Assembly (NCBI GenBank): GCA_020348445.1
Contig: CP070751.1
Coordinates: 3,206,621-3,270,620, forward strand
Length of the DNA stretch: 64,000 nucleotides
Source of the DNA: Thermoplasmata archaeon
GTDB lineage: Archaea; Thermoplasmatota; Thermoplasmata; GCA-020350865
Direction of reading: 5' to 3'
The notes below the pieces were generated by a model, which worked only from the letters and a program-made list of their open reading frames with translations, did not search any database and was not told the DNA's origin. Positions 58,901-64,000 of this stretch are shown here, piece by piece (position 1 is the first letter of the stretch; each line of letters begins with the position of its first letter). The position numbers and the translations under genes are program-made.

Positions 58901-60708
58901 CTTCAAATATTGCTGTTGGTGAAAATGGTTATATATATATTGCATGGGTGGATGATCGTAGCGGAAGGGATGTATACTTTTCTAGGTCTGTGGATGGTGG
59001 ATTAACTTTTGAGGGGGACATAAAAATAAGTGATATTTATTATCCAGGCTTAGCCTGGACTGACATTGCAGCTAGCGGCCCTAATGTATATGTTGTATGG
59101 AATGGAGCCACCACGATGGGTTATGATATTTATTTTGTAAAATCCAGTGATTACGGAATATCCTTTGGAGAACCCATTAGGGTAAATGACGATCTTTATA
59201 GCCCAAAGGATACTCAGCAATACAGTCCCAAAATAGCAATCGATAGTATGGGTAATCCATTAGTTGTTTGGGAAGATTTCAGGGAAGGTAATTTCTCTGA
59301 TATATACTTTGCAAGGTCAAATAATCAAGGAGAAAGCTTCCAACCTAATATTAGAGTGGCTCCTTACTTGGATGAAAATATCCCTCAGTTCTTACCATCT
59401 ATTGCAGTGGATAGTGAAGATACAATTTATGTTGTATGGACAGATTCTAGAGAAGGAGACTGGACAAAAGACGAGTGGAATATATTTTTAGCAAAGTCCG
59501 TAAATAAGGGGATATCATTTGAAATGAGCACCAGGATCGATAATGAAGAAAGCCATATAAGAACTACCCCCATAGGCATAGCTGCCGACGAAAATAACGT
59601 TTATGTTGCATGGGTTGATAAAAGAGAAGGTGATTATGACGTATATTTTGCCATGTCCACAGATAAGGGTTCGAATTTTGGAAGGAATATTAGGGTAAAT
59701 GAGGAGGATTTTGGCCTGAGGAATCAGGGTTATCCTGGTATTGAAGTTCATGAAAAGAAAGTATATGTGGCGTGGTGGGATAAAATGGCATCGGGACCAC
59801 CCTATCAGACAATATACATAGCCTCTGCTGAAATGAAGGCCGATTCATATCCCATTGTATCCTATGAATGGGATTTCGAAAGTGATGGAATCTACGATTA
59901 TAAGGAAACGAAAGATAATGCACCTGATGGTTCTTTTGATGGTAAAACCACTCATGTTTACGGCGATAATGGTGTTTATGAGGTAACTTTGAGGATTGTG
60001 GATGAACAAAACCTAACTGATACAGATACCTGCAATATAACTGTGTTAAATGTGAATCCAACCGCATCAATCATATCTGCCCAAATGGATGTCGAAATCG
60101 GATTAAGAGTGGCAGGCAGAAAGTATAACAATGTGAGCATGACTTTATCCGAGGAAGGAATCCAAATTGCGCATGTATCCATTGAGCGCCTACCAGGCTC
60201 GCCAGATGAGCAGATGGCCTGGATTCCTTGGATCCTGGACATAACAAAAACGTACTCTGCAACCGTGACCTACGAACCCGAGGATCCGCCAAATGTAGGA
60301 GGGAATCCGGTTTGGATCTACATGAAGTTAGAGAACGGAAGTATCAGGAAAATCCACCACACATTTAACATCCAACAATCCAAAAATCGGGACAGCGAGC
60401 ACTGGAATCATGTAGAGCCCTGGGAAGTAGATTTAAATGCTCATCTAATCGGTCTTCCATTTGAGGTCACTAGTCATGTTGAAGATCCTGGGAGTGATGA
60501 CGAAATCTTAACTTACACATATGGTTCTCAGGTTGTTAATGTTACATACCTGAACAATCCACCAAATCCTGATCCTTATCCCTCACCAGAAATCAATCCG
60601 AGGGACATCACAGATATAACGATCTTGAGTTATGAGGGCTCAGGAAATATATCTCTTCAAGTAGTGGACGACGATTATGGAGAAGTGATAACAAGCATAA
60701 TTATATAA
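55978..60708 (+). CDS. Surface protein 2: PQQ-like propeller, two split PKD domains carrying propeller inserts, shared C-terminal domain
   Basis: WPMFHRT, SIALDS..YPHISY repeats, BNR-like YFxRSxDxG repeats. Confidence 0.9.
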   Translation: MKRKISSVFVCAVLMLNVFGGMVQNVEESSSILSGTGELQDPIPPNIDNPNPSSSGTKDLTEPNPQNAKQPQNIVEETRKSSSAPIDWPMFHRTPDHQGYTPTNGPTNSSLLWTKYLQARIAASPAVVDGRLYINGFLNSTDTFYCLDAKTGATIWEFYVPSGIPTTAPAVADGKVYIGTHNGDGIFYALDAYTGSVVWERFVGDMYSQGAVVVGDIVYVPTSGAGIYALNTINGSEIWRGSGGSIHTGVAVDGDMIFTPYINGIRALNRFNGTTIWTGTGGYDRSTPCVAYDKIFFKSYYAPHIFALNKNNGTLVWKYDLGANHWFGSASSPAAGFGRIFVGVETGGSADDSTGKFLCFDAENGTLLWSVDTDGTVHSSPAISGNGIVYVGSDSLYAWDVYNGTEIWKYYMRKWSTHIDPAIYNGVVYIATSSIVYAFGQYDEPPTVNQPPIANAGPDQTVDEGDTVQFNGSASYDPDAQWEITIPDSAPHGGYYTSIALDSQDYPHISYYSDGNLKYTKWDGNSWNIETVDDNGTTGVSTSISLDSNDNAHISYYHFLPPQNLKYAKWDGSSWNIEIVDSNGNVGFSSSLELDSNNYPHIIYLNDSSKRLKYAMWTGSEWDIQIIDTPGNVGHLSICLALDKEDNPHIIWFGHQPDHSLYYGKRYGNNWSITLVDTTAYLKAGSSLTIDNNGYVHISYVDVSSGFLKYAKLIESNCSLVNVCNIGGSDVYTSIAIDVNGYPHISFYDSTPNYDLKYVKWTGFDWNVETVDPSKRVGQWNSIVLDKNGNPHISYSDRGNTTLRYARKVNNIISYEWDFGDGSPTGSEVAPTHIYSTPGNYTVTLTVTDNDNATDSDTCIITVLPAIIPPVADAGEDQTVYEGTPLLFDGSNSTGSQRSSSSLFGLKKRIPDAELISQQKPSITMDKNGIMYASWTDFRDSYAADIYFAKSIDENLNFSKNIRVNDELSYSMQGSSNIAVGENGYIYIAWVDDRSGRDVYFSRSVDGGLTFEGDIKISDIYYPGLAWTDIAASGPNVYVVWNGATTMGYDIYFVKSSDYGISFGEPIRVNDDLYSPKDTQQYSPKIAIDSMGNPLVVWEDFREGNFSDIYFARSNNQGESFQPNIRVAPYLDENIPQFLPSIAVDSEDTIYVVWTDSREGDWTKDEWNIFLAKSVNKGISFEMSTRIDNEESHIRTTPIGIAADENNVYVAWVDKREGDYDVYFAMSTDKGSNFGRNIRVNEEDFGLRNQGYPGIEVHEKKVYVAWWDKMASGPPYQTIYIASAEMKADSYPIVSYEWDFESDGIYDYKETKDNAPDGSFDGKTTHVYGDNGVYEVTLRIVDEQNLTDTDTCNITVLNVNPTASIISAQMDVEIGLRVAGRKYNNVSMTLSEEGIQIAHVSIERLPGSPDEQMAWIPWILDITKTYSATVTYEPEDPPNVGGNPVWIYMKLENGSIRKIHHTFNIQQSKNRDSEHWNHVEPWEVDLNAHLIGLPFEVTSHVEDPGSDDEILTYTYGSQVVNVTYLNNPPNPDPYPSPEINPRDITDITILSYEGSGNISLQVVDDDYGEVITSIII

Positions 60709-60801
60709 TGAAATATTGTATTATGAATATCATAAAATCCAAAAAAATAGGCAAAAAGCGTTCCAAAGTCCATTAATAATACGGGTTCAATAAAACGGAA
60801 G

Positions 60802-63800
60802 ATGAACAAGATAGGGGGAAGTAAAATATTCCGCGAAAGGTGGGCTGTAAAAAATACACTTGTCACTTTAGCTATTTTGCTTTTGGTCATGGACCCCATT
60901 GTGATAGCTCCTGGTAGAGCAGGAGGCGACGGCTTCCTTGGTCCATTTATCACTTGGGAAGGATATGGAGGTTATGTATCAGGGGGAATAGGCACCTGGG
61001 GCTCCGAAAGTGGAATAGTATCCATTCAGGACATACCCTCAGGGGCTTTTATTGAAATGGCATTCATATACTGGATGTGCACCTCAAGTGGTCTTGATCC
61101 ATTTATCTTTGTAAATGGTTATCCTGTCACAGGTGTTCAAATTGGTGTGGATGGATCCTGGTATTCCTTTAGATCAGATATAACAGCAATTGTTACAGGA
61201 AATGGTGATTACAGCATCACCAATATTACTGCGTTCGGTGCGAGCATAGTTGCCATCTACTCTGATTCCTCTTCAACTTATTCAGTGGTTCAGATAAATG
61301 ACGGGCAGGATACAGCCTGGGGAGAATCCCTTCCCCACTGGCTAAACGAGGTAACTTATTCAGGATTTGTTGCTTCACAGGAACCACAAGCAAAAATAAC
61401 ATACATATTAGGTGACGGCCAGACCTTTTACGTGGGACAGTGGCGCTATGATAAATACTCCTTCAATGGCATTGTTATCGCAGAGGATCACGCCGACGGT
61501 TCCGACAGTGGTGGGACCACCCACGGCTGGGACACGGACACCTACGATGTATCAGATTACGTATCACAAGGAGATACAATGGCCACGGCAAATATGTACG
61601 AGGAAAACGACGAATTGGGCTGGGTGGCGTCGGTCTTCTCTGTAACAATTGGACCTCCGCCACTAAAACAGGGTGCAGATGCAGGGCCGGATCAAACTGT
61701 AAACGAGGGTGATGAAGTTCAATTCAACGGATCTCTGTACACCCAGACAAGACATAGAATTTGGCCGGTGGATATTTCAGGTAATGGACAGTATCTGGCA
61801 GTTGGCTGGGACAATAATGTCTCCTTTTTCAGCACCGCCTCGAACGTCCCGATCTGGACAAATTATACCGGTGGAAGAGTTGGAGATCTCAAGCTCTCTG
61901 ACAATGGTCAATATCTTGTGGTGGGCAGTTACACAACATTCTACTTCTTTAACACAACATCAAGTATTCCACTTTGGTCAGTTAACACAGGAAGAAGATA
62001 CGATGGTGAACCCAGTAATTCACTAGATATGACCAGGGATGGGAATTATATTGCATCAACGGCCATTGGCAACAAGGTACAGGTTTTCGATTCAACAAGC
62101 CCGACACCAACAATTCCGTACTGGGACTATATTTTCGGGGATGATGTCATTGCAGTTCGATTTTCAGGTGATGGAAGATATTTGGCAATGGGTGGTAATC
62201 ATGGCCACCAATTCAAGCTTGGCTGGGTTCCTGGTAAAAGCATTAACTGGACCTACAGCGGCTCAGATCCATTTTGCAGTTCCTCGGTATCGTACAACGG
62301 AAATAGAATCTCAGCCGGACAGGGAATAAAACACATTGTCCGATTATGGGGTTCTGGTAGCAGCACTCCGATCTGGTCAGCTACTGTAATGGGAAGGCAG
62401 TTCGAACAGGCCATGTCTGATGATGGTAACTATTTTGCTTCGAGCAACCATGATGACGGCTCTGGGGGAACCTGGAGCGGTTATCTTCTCTGGAATACTT
62501 CGGATTCAACTCCGGTTTGGACTTATTCCACTGGTACGCCCGCAAGAGCTGATGCATTGGATATGGACCGCAATGCCAATTATGTGGTTGGAGGTAACCA
62601 CGATGGAAATGTCTATCTTTTCAGCCAGCTTTCGGATGGATTGCCAGATTGGAGCTCTTCGGATGGAACTCCAATATATACTTTTCAAACCGGTGACCAG
62701 ATAAGAAGGAACGGTGCTTCCTTGTCCCCTGATGGAACATATTTTGCTATAGGAAGTCTTGATGGGTGTGTCTATCTGTTTACGACAGTTGGCACACCGC
62801 ACCTTGTATGGACTTGGTGCGCAAATGTAAAAATCGCCGCAGATCCACCCCCAGGAAGTGTTAATTATTCGTGGGATTTCAACAACTATGAAGATTCCGA
62901 CGGTGACGGCAACTTCACAAACGATATAGATGCAGTGGGACAAAACCAGACACATGTCTTTGGTGATGATGGCATCTATGTTGTCACCATGAATGCTACA
63001 GACGATAAAAATGTGTCATACATTGATACGTGTGTCATCACAGTGAACAATGTGGCGCCAGCAATCCAGCCCTTTGGACCTTTTACCATAGAGGAAGGTT
63101 CTATATTGAGCATTAATGGGATTGCATCAGATCCAGGCAGTGATGATCTTAATTTTTCCTGGAGTTGGGGGGATGAAACACCAGATAACACCTCAATATA
63201 CTACAACGATGGTGCAAATCCTGATCTATACCCAAGTCCAAATGGAACCTTTCCATTCTCTAAAATCAATTCCACTAACCACACATACGTAAGTTTTGGA
63301 ATATATATATTGAATCTTACGGTAGAGGACGATGACGGTGGGATCACAATATATTCAACAAATGTAACTGTAATCAGTATTGCTCCTCCCGTACTTTATA
63401 TCAACATGAGCCAAGATAAAGAGGACGTGGTACTTTATTGGGAGCACCCTTTTCCTTTGGGTGTGGATTACTACCTAATTTACCGCTCGACACCTCAGAT
63501 AGCCTTCGATTTTAGCACTGTATGGGTGAACACATCGAGTGATAATGAAACAGGCGAGATAGACACTCTACCAACGAGGACCATGTGGAATGACACTTTT
63601 GCCGCACTTCCTGAGCATGATAACTATGAAGAGCAATATTATTATGTGATAAGGATGGTCAATATCCTTGGTAATGTCAGCAGAACTAGCAGAACAGTGG
63701 GGAAGTGGACGAAGGATTTTTTAGAAGGAACCTCTACCTTCTCCTTACCTTTAGAACCGGTGGTTCCTTTCTATACTGACTATTACACATCTGACATGAA

Positions 63801-64000
63801 CGCAAAATACATCAAATATATGGATTACGCATCACATATCTGGCGGCAGCACAATCTTGGGGATGGTAACACAAATAACACACTAATGAAATTGGGTGAA
63901 GGCTACGAGGTAAATTTCGCAAGCCAGACGAACTATACATTTACGGGAATGCCTGGTGCCATGATAAGTTATGATGATGCGTCATTTGGTTTTGATGCCA
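60802..64000 (+). CDS. Surface protein 3 (runs off window): beta-sandwich, split PKD with WD40-like propeller, PKD, FnIII-like
   Basis: Manual translation from ATG 60802 (MNKIGGSKIFRERWAVKNTLVTLAILLL...) is open to the window end; ADAGPDQTVNEGDEVQFNG, ISGNGQYLAVG-type repeats, YSWDF. Confidence 0.88.
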   Translation, partial: MNKIGGSKIFRERWAVKNTLVTLAILLLVMDPIVIAPGRAGGDGFLGPFITWEGYGGYVSGGIGTWGSESGIVSIQDIPSGAFIEMAFIYWMCTSSGLDPFIFVNGYPVTGVQIGVDGSWYSFRSDITAIVTGNGDYSITNITAFGASIVAIYSDSSSTYSVVQINDGQDTAWGESLPHWLNEVTYSGFVASQEPQAKITYILGDGQTFYVGQWRYDKYSFNGIVIAEDHADGSDSGGTTHGWDTDTYDVSDYVSQGDTMATANMYEENDELGWVASVFSVTIGPPPLKQGADAGPDQTVNEGDEVQFNGSLYTQTRHRIWPVDISGNGQYLAVGWDNNVSFFSTASNVPIWTNYTGGRVGDLKLSDNGQYLVVGSYTTFYFFNTTSSIPLWSVNTGRRYDGEPSNSLDMTRDGNYIASTAIGNKVQVFDSTSPTPTIPYWDYIFGDDVIAVRFSGDGRYLAMGGNHGHQFKLGWVPGKSINWTYSGSDPFCSSSVSYNGNRISAGQGIKHIVRLWGSGSSTPIWSATVMGRQFEQAMSDDGNYFASSNHDDGSGGTWSGYLLWNTSDSTPVWTYSTGTPARADALDMDRNANYVVGGNHDGNVYLFSQLSDGLPDWSSSDGTPIYTFQTGDQIRRNGASLSPDGTYFAIGSLDGCVYLFTTVGTPHLVWTWCANVKIAADPPPGSVNYSWDFNNYEDSDGDGNFTNDIDAVGQNQTHVFGDDGIYVVTMNATDDKNVSYIDTCVITVNNVAPAIQPFGPFTIEEGSILSINGIASDPGSDDLNFSWSWGDETPDNTSIYYNDGANPDLYPSPNGTFPFSKINSTNHTYVSFGIYILNLTVEDDDGGITIYSTNVTVISIAPPVLYINMSQDKEDVVLYWEHPFPLGVDYYLIYRSTPQIAFDFSTVWVNTSSDNETGEIDTLPTRTMWNDTFAALPEHDNYEEQYYYVIRMVNILGNVSRTSRTVGKWTKDFLEGTSTFSLPLEPVVPFYTDYYTSDMNAKYIKYMDYASHIWRQHNLGDGNTNNTLMKLGEGYEVNFASQTNYTFTGMPGAMISYDDASFGFDA

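Noticed and set aside
51166-64000. Three surface genes in the same reading frame, suggesting one interrupted mega-gene
   Set aside because: There are multiple stops between them, and each has its own signal peptide and start context.

Overview
Archaeal chromosomal window, most likely Thermoplasmatota. This is inferred from the rps13-rps4-rps11-rpoD cluster, the rnp2-psmA-sdo1-exosome-rpl37ae-rpoP superoperon, a class II RNR, an RPA pair and PKD-rich surface proteins. It also holds a copper-export cluster, a NOG1 GTPase, thyA, a Na/Pi transporter with PhoU, a DsbD/TlpA locus, two tRNAs (Leu-GAG, Pro-CGG) and four giant secreted PKD/beta-propeller proteins. No CRISPR array, transposase, integrase or reverse transcriptase was seen. 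The best leads, all read by eye and unverified: (1) Both tRNAs are followed by a 99-bp element of the same design: an inverted copy of the tRNA 3' end after a 24-nt loop, then a hairpin with a conserved [C/A]TTAAGA-N17/18-ATAA loop, then a direct copy of the tRNA 3' end. The hairpin occurs four times with different stems. (2) Surface proteins in which whole passenger domains are inserted into the same loop of PKD domains. (3) A carboxylate-amine ligase / amidohydrolase / Cdc48N-vWA trio that could be a writer-eraser-adaptor tagging system. (4) Four related 8-Cys-type zinc-ribbon proteins in two tandem pairs. Several small genes are missing from the ORF track, including a ferredoxin and a Cys/His peptide in the copper cluster.
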